A DNA stretch of 32,000 bases, from NCBI GenBank assembly GCA_041661045.1, contig JBAZVE010000001.1:300001-332000 (forward strand). The letters are read 5' to 3'. The position numbers were made by a program, and so were the translations under genes. The notes below the pieces were generated by a model. It did not search any database and was not told the DNA's origin. It saw only the letters and a list, made by a program, of their open reading frames with translations. The DNA is from Candidatus Saccharimonadota bacterium. GTDB taxonomy: Bacteria > Patescibacteriota > Gracilibacteria > UBA1369 > 2-02-FULL-48-14. This document shows, piece after piece, positions 1 to 8,402 of this stretch. Position 1 is the first letter of the stretch. Each line of letters begins with the position of its first letter.

Positions 1-786
1 CATTTCTTTCTTGATTTCTTCTTGGCCAGCGGGACGAGTGAGGGCTCGGGAAAAACGATCTTGGTCTACAAACATTTTGAAGGTCCGTTCGAGATTTTCT
101 ATATTCAAGCCCTTGCAGAAGCCATCCAAAGCGTGATGATCGAGGGCGCGATTTCCTTTCTTTTCAGCTTTTTTGTCTCTGGGCAGTTGATGCATGATTT
201 GGTCTCCGATGTGTTGTTCATCGGTTTTGGTTTCATGAATGGGAGCGAGACCTAGTTTGTCCCGGGCAAGCTTGAGTGCTTTTGCGATCCAAGGGCCTGC
301 AACGCCAAGAAGTGAAGCGTGACCCATGGCATGGATGAAGGCGTCTGAAAGATCCACCTCGTGTTCGCCCTCTTTCTTCCCATGCTCGTCGTCGCCCAGC
401 CCCAGTTTTGCGAGGGCGGCAGCGCCCACTGTTTGGAGGAATCCTCCTTTGGGGCCGTGATCCACTGCCTCTCCGGCTGCGGCTTCTCCGGTTGCTTCTC
501 CCACAGCGGCTTGCGCTTTGGGATGTGCACCAGGTTTGGGATGTGCGCCGGGTTTGGGATGTGCGCCGGGTTTGGGGTAACTTCCCTCGTTATTCGCGGC
601 GGGTTCTTCTGGCGGGAAAGTTTCTTTAAATGCGCCTACCGTTGCCCCTTCTACGAGGTCTTTAAATGATTCTGCAATCCCAAGAATCCCTCCGTGTTTA
701 AAATGTCGAGTATTATTCGCCGCCTCCACTGGAGCTGCCTCCGGTGCGGCATGGGGTGTTCCGACATGTTTTGCTTTTTCAGACAT
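1..786 (-). CDS. Hypothetical Gly/Pro/Lys-rich protein, truncated at its 3' end by the window edge
   Basis: The ATG at 786..784 opens a frame that I translated by hand for 262 codons to position 1 without a stop. It is absent from the ORF track because it has no in-window stop. It starts 11 nt after the stop of the 1505-aa gene on the same strand. It contains 3x PKPGAH and Gly-rich amphipathic segments (GGILGIAESF, GGFLQTVGAAALAKLGLG). I recognise no family. Confidence 0.6.
   Translation of the reverse strand, partial: MSEKAKHVGTPHAAPEAAPVEAANNTRHFKHGGILGIAESFKDLVEGATVGAFKETFPPEEPAANNEGSYPKPGAHPKPGAHPKPGAHPKAQAAVGEATGEAAAGEAVDHGPKGGFLQTVGAAALAKLGLGDDEHGKKEGEHEVDLSDAFIHAMGHASLLGVAGPWIAKALKLARDKLGLAPIHETKTDEQHIGDQIMHQLPRDKKAEKKGNRALDHHALDGFCKGLNIENLERTFKMFVDQDRFSRALTRPAGQEEIKKEM
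520..573 (-). repeat. 3 x 18-nt in-frame tandem repeat (gggatgtgcNccNggttt) encoding PKPGAH x3
   Basis: Three adjacent 18-nt units at 520-537, 538-555 and 556-573. Units 2 and 3 are identical and unit 1 differs at 2 positions. Confidence 0.9.
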
Positions 787-797
787 AGTGGTTTTAT

Positions 798-3700
798 TTA
801 GTGCTTAGCGGCGGGTGCGGCAGGAGTTTTTTTCGGGGCGGCGGATTCTTCTTTGGCCTCCGGTTTTGCATCAGGTTTTTCAAAAAGTGATAGTTCGGGG
901 ACAGTCCAGTCGGCGCCAACGAGGTCATGAGAGATTGTGTTGGTGACCCCTTCCCCCACTCCAAAGAGACCAAGAGCAAGGGCGGTGGGAATGGCAAAGG
1001 CGGTTTGTTTGGTTCGATACCAAGCGGCGGCAAGCCTGTTCCCTGCCCATTTGAAGGGCTTTGTGTACCATTTTTTACCGGGCTTATTGGCGGGTTTGTC
1101 TGGTTTACTGGCGGCCCATCTTGCGGCCTGGTACGCTCTCACAAATGGGGTGCTCACCATGCGGCCAGTGGCACGGATTGGATTTACAATCAAACTCTCG
1201 GCGACGGTTTTTGTGAAATCGACCCCTCCGGAGACGAAGTTTACTGCGGCATTTCCACCCAAGCGAAGGCCATTCCAGGCAAAGCGCGCCACTGGAGGTA
1301 CCACTGCACGGAGACCTAAGAATCCGAGCGTTCCACCACCAATCACTGTGGCAGCTCCCAATGCTCCTGCAGCCAGGGCTCCGAATGCGCCATACTTGAG
1401 GCCGGTTACAACGCCGGATCCAATGCTTGCACGACGATTCCAAAGCCAACCGATTCCTTTGCCGGGAGCGGTTAAGACTTGCTTCAAACCGGATCCGGTG
1501 ACAGCCAAAGCTTTTCCCCCTGTTTCTTTTGTCTTTCTGCCTCTTTCTCCCCAGTTTTCTTCATTCTTGGCTTTACGAATGGCGGCACGAGTGAGGTCAT
1601 CCAGCTCAGCATTGGAAATATCCACTCCCACCATTTGAGTAACGATGTCTGCACGAACAGCGGCTTCCAAGGCAGCGCCTGTTAAGCTGGCCGCAATGTG
1701 CGTTTTTGCAAATCGGTCTAAGCTCTTCATAAACACCACTTTTTCCGCTATTTTTTTATTGAAAGCGGAGTATCTGGACTGCTCGGCAGCGTAGATCGAC
1801 ATTTCTTCCGCTTTTGCCTCTCCGGCAAATAACCTTGCGAGCTCTTCGCGAATTTCATTCTCTAGAATGGTTTTGTCTTTCCCCACGCCTTGTTCTCGTC
1901 TCAACCGTGCCAGACGGAAGGCCCCCATCTCCATCATTTTTGTATCCCAAGCGTTTTCTTCTTTTAATGGCACGAGCGCATTGAGTCTGCTTTTTCTATT
2001 TGTCTTTCTTCGATGCTTTTCTTTTGCCTTTTCTCCCAACTTTCCTAAAGCGTCTGCTTGATGAAAGGCGCAAGTGATGAGGGTTTTTAGGTCCTCGTCT
2101 GTCCTTAGGATTTGGAACCTTGGATGGTAGTACTCCTCATAATCACCTCCTAGATCGTTGATTATGTCTGCATCAGGCCTTCCCGCTGCTCGTTCGGCGA
2201 GCACTCGTTGCCCCAATTTTTCCTCTGTAACAAAACGGTCGATGCTCAAGTTCATTTTCTGATCATCGACGGCTTCGGCTATGGCTAAATCCGCGAGCAA
2301 GGCTGCTTGCGGACCCGGGAACTCTCGTATCAGGCCCCTTTTTGTTCTCTCTGCAGAGGTACCGTTTTTTAACTCGTAGCGGGCCCAAATGACCATCCCA
2401 CTCTCGTGAGCTTCCTTGAGAAGCGCTGCCTCTTTCGGCTTAAGTTTTTGTCCCACTTTTTTCCCTTCCGTGAGGGCGGCTTGCCAAATCTCCTCTTGTT
2501 CGGCTTGTGAGCGCTGAATGGTGATGCCATGCACTTCAAAAGATTTCACGAGACCAAGGATCTTGGTGCGGATATTGGCTTCTGTGGTGCCTTTGGCAAA
2601 TTCCCGCGATACTTCACCGTCCAAATCCTCGTTCATGGCCACAGTCCAAGAGGCGTTTTTATTGTGATCCGCATTCTTCAGTTCCTCCATGCTTGCGTCC
2701 ACTAAGTCTGCAAGGTTTTTTTCTCCTACAAATACTGTTTCCAATGCTCGTCGAATTTCATCCGGTTTTTTCTTTTCTTCTTCAAGAAGATATCGGGCGT
2801 AACTCACCATCCCCATCTCGCGAACTTTTATATTGAGGTTCCCTTTGGATTCCTTGCCTTGGGCGAGGAGGAGGGCTTTTGCTTTTACAAACCCCACATC
2901 CAAAATTTCATCTATTTCAACGAGACTTCGTTCAATTGTTTTCCCTCTGATGGATTTGTACTTTTCGAATTTGACCTTAAGATCAACGCGAATCCCATCT
3001 TCTTTTTCCGCCTGGGCAAGCCTGTGAGCAATTTCTTCATCCAACTTTTCTTTCTCAACAATTGCACTGGCTACCCGTTTGTTCCAGATTGGATCCTTAG
3101 CAAGTCTTATGGCTTCCTTCACCAAAATGTCCAAATCGGCCTCGCCCTTAAACTCATCCTTTAAGAGGCCCATTACTTCGGTGGCAATACGGCTTTCTTC
3201 AAAATGTACACGGGCGCGGCTCACCATCCCCAGTTCAAAGGCTTCTTGCTCAAAAACTCCAAGGGCTTCTTTTGCTTTCCTTGTGAGTTGTGTCATCGCG
3301 CTTCCTTTGCTGAGCTGCTGCGCTCTTTTAAAGGCACAGGCTATGATTTCTTTCTTTTCTTCATCGCTTCGCTCATGAAGAACTCCATATACTTCATGTC
3401 TTGGCATGGCATTGTCAAGGTAGGTGCGAATATCCTCTACCTCTTCTCCGTCCTTTAGCTGCCGGATAATTTCTTCCGCCAGTTTCAGCTTTTTTTCGAG
3501 GGCTTGAGAGGCTTTGAGCTTGAGCCCTTGATTCCCGGCCTCCGCAATGGCTGTTTCTATTAAGGCCTCTAAACCGTTGGGCACTTCCAAACGACCCAGA
3601 TTCTTCCCCTCAAACGCTTCTTTTAATACATTGTGCGCACTTATGATATCGTGCTTTTGATCCAAAAGGATTCGTGCGTAGGCCGTCATGCCGAGTTCTC

Positions 3701-5315
3701 TTGCCGTTTTGGAAACGGCTCCGGAAGCTTTGAGTGCTCTGATGGTGGCACTGTCCACCACTCCTATTAGACCATCTTCCATGGCTTCGCTCAGAGCGGC
3801 GGCATTGGCCGCCAGAACTTCTTGGAGACTGCGTCTTTCGGTGGCGGCCTCCGCGGGCACAAACCGTTCTTCCAGCAAAACGAATTTTAATTTATCTTCT
3901 CCCCCACTCTTTGTCGGGTGGGTAAACACCCTGTGCCCACTTTTTTCTTGAATAAAGTCCACCATTTTGATGATGGAATTCTTCGCTTCTTCGAGGGTGA
4001 GTTCCCGCCCTGTTGTTTTGCTTCTAATGTCCAGCACTTCCCCACGGATTTCAAGCACCGTGTCTCCATCTTCAAATGTAAATTCAAGAATTGTATTTCC
4101 ACGATCTCCTTGGTCTTCCCAAATCCCTTGGCTCAATTGCATTTGAGGTAGGCCGGGAGCTTTTCTAATGGAACCCCTGGCTCCTCTTATAAACCTGCCA
4201 TCGTCCTCAGGATCTCTCAAACCTTCGGGGGTCTTAGCGCCGGCCTTTCTGACCAAGTCCCTTGCCAAGCCTGTTAGCCCCGCTGCATCTACGGCGTCTA
4301 GTGCATCTCTTGCTGTACTAGGGGCCCAGTCGCTCGTGGTGGGGCTAAGTGGCGATGCCGCTCGGTCAGTTTTGGGTGTCACAGAGGATGAGGGGGTCAC
4401 CCCAGGCAGCAAGGAGCTGGTGGGTTCTGGAATGCGGGGAGGAAGAGGAGGGAGGTTTCTTGGGTTAGGACTGTCCTCTGTGATAGCCCCTACCAACCCG
4501 TGCACAGATGCAGTTGTGGATGGTACTCCATCCTGGAATGAGAGTGGATCTATCGCATCTATAAGATTCATCACTTCACTAAAAGCCACACCATTAACAT
4601 TCTCAACAAGTTCAATCCTAAAATTGTCTACTTCCTCACCTTGTGGTACGGGGAGAGCTCGGTTGCCTTTCCCTGTCAAATCGCGGTGCATTTCAATCAT
4701 TACTTGCTTTATAATGCTAAGGAACTCTGCTGCATCGCTGACATCCTTAGGAAGGTGCGCTATGCTTCCATCTTTTTGATGGATTACTATCCTGCCATTT
4801 CTAATCTCAAAGCTTCTGCCGTCGCTAAGGCTACCCCTATAGCTTCTGATTTCTGCGGATCTTCCGTCCCACTCTCCAAGCCTTAAAATCCTTGGCTCCC
4901 CCAAAACCATCCCGGCTGGGAGGTTTTCGAATGGGTTGGATTGATCTGGGCTGAGAGGGCTTTCCAACTCAAGGACATATTTGCCTCCCTTATGAGTGGG
5001 CCCGCCAAGAAAAAACTCCTTGTGTTCTTCCAGGCCAAGGGCATAAAAAATTGCTCCTTTTATGTTGAAACATACCAGGTTGTCTTCTCTATTCTCGCTA
5101 AGGATTTTCATGCTTCCATCTTCCTGCTGAGCCTTTATTTCGCCATTTTCGATCTCAAATCTTTGCCCGGTATGGGTCTTACCTTTGAATGCACGAATTA
5201 CTCTAAATTGAACCTCTTTGCCTAGGATATTTTTGTCAATCCTTGGTTCCCCCAAAACCACCCCTTCTGGAAGGTTTTCGAGTGGGTCGGAATGATCTGG
5301 ACTGAGAGGAGCCAT
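798..5315 (-). CDS. Giant (1505 aa) repeat-containing, C-terminally membrane-anchored protein of unknown function
   Basis: Uninterrupted 4.5-kb ORF. There is no N-terminal signal peptide. It has a duplicated N-terminal module (SPLSPDxSxPxENLPxGxVLGEPRI...FEIxNGxI). It has a P/S/T-rich linker and five roughly 140-155-aa helical repeats marked by E-x-G-M/A-x3-AR. Two Gly/Ala-rich hydrophobic segments lie near the C-terminus (aa ~1296-1340 and ~1438-1456), followed by a Lys/Pro/Ala tail. I see no catalytic motif. Confidence 0.85.
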   Translation of the reverse strand: MAPLSPDHSDPLENLPEGVVLGEPRIDKNILGKEVQFRVIRAFKGKTHTGQRFEIENGEIKAQQEDGSMKILSENREDNLVCFNIKGAIFYALGLEEHKEFFLGGPTHKGGKYVLELESPLSPDQSNPFENLPAGMVLGEPRILRLGEWDGRSAEIRSYRGSLSDGRSFEIRNGRIVIHQKDGSIAHLPKDVSDAAEFLSIIKQVMIEMHRDLTGKGNRALPVPQGEEVDNFRIELVENVNGVAFSEVMNLIDAIDPLSFQDGVPSTTASVHGLVGAITEDSPNPRNLPPLPPRIPEPTSSLLPGVTPSSSVTPKTDRAASPLSPTTSDWAPSTARDALDAVDAAGLTGLARDLVRKAGAKTPEGLRDPEDDGRFIRGARGSIRKAPGLPQMQLSQGIWEDQGDRGNTILEFTFEDGDTVLEIRGEVLDIRSKTTGRELTLEEAKNSIIKMVDFIQEKSGHRVFTHPTKSGGEDKLKFVLLEERFVPAEAATERRSLQEVLAANAAALSEAMEDGLIGVVDSATIRALKASGAVSKTARELGMTAYARILLDQKHDIISAHNVLKEAFEGKNLGRLEVPNGLEALIETAIAEAGNQGLKLKASQALEKKLKLAEEIIRQLKDGEEVEDIRTYLDNAMPRHEVYGVLHERSDEEKKEIIACAFKRAQQLSKGSAMTQLTRKAKEALGVFEQEAFELGMVSRARVHFEESRIATEVMGLLKDEFKGEADLDILVKEAIRLAKDPIWNKRVASAIVEKEKLDEEIAHRLAQAEKEDGIRVDLKVKFEKYKSIRGKTIERSLVEIDEILDVGFVKAKALLLAQGKESKGNLNIKVREMGMVSYARYLLEEEKKKPDEIRRALETVFVGEKNLADLVDASMEELKNADHNKNASWTVAMNEDLDGEVSREFAKGTTEANIRTKILGLVKSFEVHGITIQRSQAEQEEIWQAALTEGKKVGQKLKPKEAALLKEAHESGMVIWARYELKNGTSAERTKRGLIREFPGPQAALLADLAIAEAVDDQKMNLSIDRFVTEEKLGQRVLAERAAGRPDADIINDLGGDYEEYYHPRFQILRTDEDLKTLITCAFHQADALGKLGEKAKEKHRRKTNRKSRLNALVPLKEENAWDTKMMEMGAFRLARLRREQGVGKDKTILENEIREELARLFAGEAKAEEMSIYAAEQSRYSAFNKKIAEKVVFMKSLDRFAKTHIAASLTGAALEAAVRADIVTQMVGVDISNAELDDLTRAAIRKAKNEENWGERGRKTKETGGKALAVTGSGLKQVLTAPGKGIGWLWNRRASIGSGVVTGLKYGAFGALAAGALGAATVIGGGTLGFLGLRAVVPPVARFAWNGLRLGGNAAVNFVSGGVDFTKTVAESLIVNPIRATGRMVSTPFVRAYQAARWAASKPDKPANKPGKKWYTKPFKWAGNRLAAAWYRTKQTAFAIPTALALGLFGVGEGVTNTISHDLVGADWTVPELSLFEKPDAKPEAKEESAAPKKTPAAPAAKH

Positions 5316-5327
5316 GAAGCGAAAGAG

Positions 5328-5355
5328 TTGAAAGTCAAATATAGTATCTTAGAAT
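5328..5355 (+). promoter_or_regulatory. Candidate promoter for lspA
   Basis: TTGAAA (5328..5333), a 16-nt spacer, then TAGAAT (5350..5355). It is about 55 nt upstream of the lspA ATG and its -10 overlaps that of the divergent promoter. Confidence 0.35.
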
Positions 5356-5382
5356 TATAGCAGATTTTTAGAGTAGCGGCAA
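5354..5382 (-). promoter_or_regulatory. Candidate sigma70-type promoter for the 1505-aa gene
   Basis: Read on the minus strand: TTGCCG (5382..5377), a 17-nt spacer, then a perfect TATAAT (5359..5354). It lies about 38 nt upstream of the ATG at 5315. Confidence 0.4.
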
Positions 5383-5409
5383 GAGGCTTGGGGATGTTAA
5401 ACTTCAAGC

Positions 5410-5883
5410 ATGAAAATGATCTCGGCAAAAGGGTTTGACAGGGTGTGGTTGTTTTTTGGGCCGCTTTTTCTCTTGTTCCTTGGGTTGGATCAACTGAGCA
5501 AGTGGGCGGCGGAGCGGTTTTTGAGGCTTGGGGAGAGCAGTGATGTTGGCTTTGCGCTGAGCCACAATACCGGGATTGTGCTTGGATTTAATTTACCGCT
5601 GGTGGCGATTTATGTACTGACGGCGGGAATTTTGGGCTTGGGTGGGTTTTTGGTGGTTCAAAACAAGCTTTGGCAAGACCGCTGGCATCTTTTTGGACTC
5701 GCGCTGCTGCTTGCGGGAGCGATTGGGAATTTGGTGGACCGATTGCATTACGGCTTTGTCGTGGATTTCATCAAAGTGTATTGGTGGCCCACCTTCAACT
5801 TGGCCGATGTGTGGATTGTTTCGGCCGTGATTCTGTTTGCGTGGGAATTTTTATTCCGTGAAAAAGTGGTGGAGAAGCTTTAA
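5410..5883 (+). CDS. lspA: Lipoprotein signal peptidase (signal peptidase II)
   Basis: 157 aa with four hydrophobic segments. LspA signature stretches are present: [29 protein letters not shown]. Confidence 0.9.
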   Translation: MKMISAKGFDRVWLFFGPLFLLFLGLDQLSKWAAERFLRLGESSDVGFALSHNTGIVLGFNLPLVAIYVLTAGILGLGGFLVVQNKLWQDRWHLFGLALLLAGAIGNLVDRLHYGFVVDFIKVYWWPTFNLADVWIVSAVILFAWEFLFREKVVEKL

Positions 5884-6692
5884 AGTTTCTGAATGTCCTG
5901 GGCCTCTGTGGTGAGTCGGGTCATGAGGGGGATGGGGGCTTTTTGGCCGGTCAAAATTTCGAAAAGAGGGAAGACCTGGTTGAGGAACCAGCGTTCGCCG
6001 GAAACGGTGCTGCGCACGCCGGCGGCTTTGGCTTCTTCCAAAAAGAGACTGGTTTTGCCGTAAACCGCGTCCATGGCCACTTCTACGGTTTTCCAGAGGT
6101 AAAAGGGGACCATTGTGGACTGGCGATCCAGGCTGCTACTGGAAGTGGCGTTGATGATGATATCCGGTTCGTCGCGAAGGCTCTCCAAGTTTTCGATGTA
6201 ATCGACACCTATTTTTTCGGCAAAGGCTTTGGCGCGCTCAGGGGTGCGGTTCCAAATGGTGACGAGCGCGCCTTCTTTTTTAAGACCGTAGGCCGCGCCT
6301 CGCGCGGCCCCTCCCGCTCCTAAAATCAAAATCCGTTTCCCTTCCACCGATGGAATGACTTCATGCAAAGCGCCCATGGCACCCAGCCAATCGGTATCGT
6401 AGCCATGCAAACGGCCCTCCCGATTCCATACAAAATTCACCGCATTGATGACTCCAATTTCTTCCGAAGCCTCGTCCACAAAAGCCACGGATGGCGTTTT
6501 GTATGGCATGGTGGCCACAATCCCGGCAAGCTCCCCGCTGCGCACTTTTTCCATCACTTGTGGGAAGGCCTCCGGCTCAATGTCGTGCGTCTCAAATTCC
6601 GCCTCAATTCCGGCTTCCTTGAGCGCTCCGTTCATCACCGGGGTGCTCAAACAGAAGGACAGCGGATGTCCAATAATCCAGAATTTTTTCAT
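5880..6692 (-). CDS. aroE: Shikimate 5-dehydrogenase
   Basis: The N-terminus ([16 protein letters not shown]) matches the AroE substrate domain. It has the [19 protein letters not shown] Rossmann motif, NRT (IWNRTPERA), and TDWLG. I trimmed the start to the ATG at 6692 (MKKFWIIG), which overlaps the upstream stop as TAATG. The track ORF extends to 6758. Confidence 0.9.
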   Translation of the reverse strand: MKKFWIIGHPLSFCLSTPVMNGALKEAGIEAEFETHDIEPEAFPQVMEKVRSGELAGIVATMPYKTPSVAFVDEASEEIGVINAVNFVWNREGRLHGYDTDWLGAMGALHEVIPSVEGKRILILGAGGAARGAAYGLKKEGALVTIWNRTPERAKAFAEKIGVDYIENLESLRDEPDIIINATSSSSLDRQSTMVPFYLWKTVEVAMDAVYGKTSLFLEEAKAAGVRSTVSGERWFLNQVFPLFEILTGQKAPIPLMTRLTTEAQDIQKL

Positions 6693-7474
6693 TACGATTT
6701 TTTTGTAAATGCGGCTAAACCTTCCAAGGCTTTCAGTGCTTCCACCGGTATCATCCATACCGTTGTGTTGGACTGATCCGCGGAAATGTCGTTGATGGAT
6801 TCCAGCGTTCGCAAGTGAAGCGCTCCGGGAGAATCCGAAAGCATTTTAGCGGCTTTGGCAATGTTTGCCGCCGCCATTACTTCTCCCTCAGACTTGATCA
6901 CCACCGCACGGCGTTCGCGTTCCGCCTCGGCTTCTTTTCCAATCGTGCGCTTCATGTCGTCCGGAATCAAAATGTCTTTGAGCTCCACATTCACCACCTC
7001 AATTCCCCACTGCTTGGTCATCTCCGCCACAATCATTTTGATCTTTTCCGAAAGGTCTTCGCGCTTGGCCAACAAATCATCCAGCACCACTTCTCCCACC
7101 AAATTGCGCATGGTGGTTTGAGCCAGTTGCAAGGTGGCGTAGTAGAAATTTTCAATGTTGATGATCGCTCTTTGCGCGTCCACCACACGGAAGAAAAGCA
7201 CCGCGTTCACGCCCACGGAAATATTGTCTTTGGTCAGTGATTCCTGGCTAGGCACATCCACGGTGCGCACGCGCAGATCCACTTTGGTCATCGACTGAAA
7301 AATGGGAATCACGATGCGCCAACCCGGGCCTTTTACTTTGCTGAAACGACCCATGGTGAACTGCACTCCGCGTTCGTATTCGTTCACCTGACGGATGCTT
7401 GCAAGAAGGATCACGCCCAGGACGATGAGGATCACGGGCAGGGAAGCGATGATAAAAACGATGAGATCAGCCAT
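6692..7474 (-). CDS. SPFH/band-7 (stomatin/prohibitin-like) membrane protein
   Basis: An N-terminal TM segment (ADLIVFIIASLPVILIVLGVILLA) is followed by typical SPFH core strings (YERGVQFTMGRF, TKDNISVGVNAVLFFRVVD, MRNLVGEVVLDDLLAKRE, AEAERERRA). I trimmed the start to the ATG at 7474. Confidence 0.88.
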   Translation of the reverse strand: MADLIVFIIASLPVILIVLGVILLASIRQVNEYERGVQFTMGRFSKVKGPGWRIVIPIFQSMTKVDLRVRTVDVPSQESLTKDNISVGVNAVLFFRVVDAQRAIINIENFYYATLQLAQTTMRNLVGEVVLDDLLAKREDLSEKIKMIVAEMTKQWGIEVVNVELKDILIPDDMKRTIGKEAEAERERRAVVIKSEGEVMAAANIAKAAKMLSDSPGALHLRTLESINDISADQSNTTVWMIPVEALKALEGLAAFTKKS

Positions 7475-7476
7475 AC

Positions 7477-8385
7477 TTAGCGGGTTAAAGAATTCCAATT
7501 GCCGGACAGGATTTTTCTTTGAACGGATGGAGTGAGGTCCAGGTCTCGGAGGGTGGACAAATAATCTTTGTACAAGTCGGTCACCCACTCTTCATCTTTG
7601 CCCTCGTAACTGCTCAGCACCGCATCGGTTCCAAATACAATTCGATCCTGGAATTCCTCAAAAAATGCGCGGTACGCCTCCTTGTTTTCCAAGAGCGTCT
7701 TGAATCCTTCTTGCGCAAAGTCGATGTGTCCAAAGCTGGTGTCTATGTATAGGTTTGGGAAGTCTTCCATCAAGGCGCGGAGGCGAGGTAGATTTTTGGA
7801 GGAAAGACAGAAATGTGGACAAATCACGGTGAGTTCAGGGTTTAGGGTGAGCATATTTCTCAGTTCCGCTTCGTATTCATTGGTGCTCACCGGGAGCATG
7901 AGGGGCAGTTCCAGCTCCGTGAGGCGCGCATAGAATGTATTCAATTTATAGTCGTCCAATGGGACGGTGTGGGCGTACGAGTAGCCGTTGTAGAGTTTCA
8001 CTCCACTGGCTTCATTGCAGGCTTCAAGCGTCTCCAGTCGAAGAGGGTCGTTGGGGTCTATGGTGCAGAAATAAGAAAACTGCTCCGGATTTTCCCGCAC
8101 CGCCTCTGCGAGCAGGGCGTTGTTTTCTTCCACTTCGGACAAGTTCGCGACTCCGTCCGTAAAATAAAGTAAGCCTTTCGGAATTCCCTGCAAAACCGTG
8201 TGCTCAATGCCCAGTTTCGCCATGGTGTTTTTTAGGACTTCCAATTCCGCAGCTCCCTCAATCGATTCGTGGGCATTCACAACGGCCATTTTTTGCGGCT
8301 GCACCGCCACGAAAAGCAAGATGAGCAACAAAACGCTGCCCAGTAGAGGTGTCGTCCATTTTGGCGGATTCTTTAGTTTCTTCAT
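7477..8385 (-). CDS. Membrane-anchored or secreted metal-dependent hydrolase, amidohydrolase (TIM-barrel, PF04909-like) family
   Basis: It has an N-terminal signal-anchor (LLGSVLLLILLFVAV). The ordering VVNAHES...GVKLY...PLMLPV...ICPHF...IDTSF...IVFGTDA resembles the His/Asp ladder of amidohydrolase-2 proteins. The family call comes from motif order only. Confidence 0.55.
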   Translation of the reverse strand: MKKLKNPPKWTTPLLGSVLLLILLFVAVQPQKMAVVNAHESIEGAAELEVLKNTMAKLGIEHTVLQGIPKGLLYFTDGVANLSEVEENNALLAEAVRENPEQFSYFCTIDPNDPLRLETLEACNEASGVKLYNGYSYAHTVPLDDYKLNTFYARLTELELPLMLPVSTNEYEAELRNMLTLNPELTVICPHFCLSSKNLPRLRALMEDFPNLYIDTSFGHIDFAQEGFKTLLENKEAYRAFFEEFQDRIVFGTDAVLSSYEGKDEEWVTDLYKDYLSTLRDLDLTPSVQRKILSGNWNSLTR

Positions 8386-8402
8386 GGGGAGAGTATGGCA
8401 TA

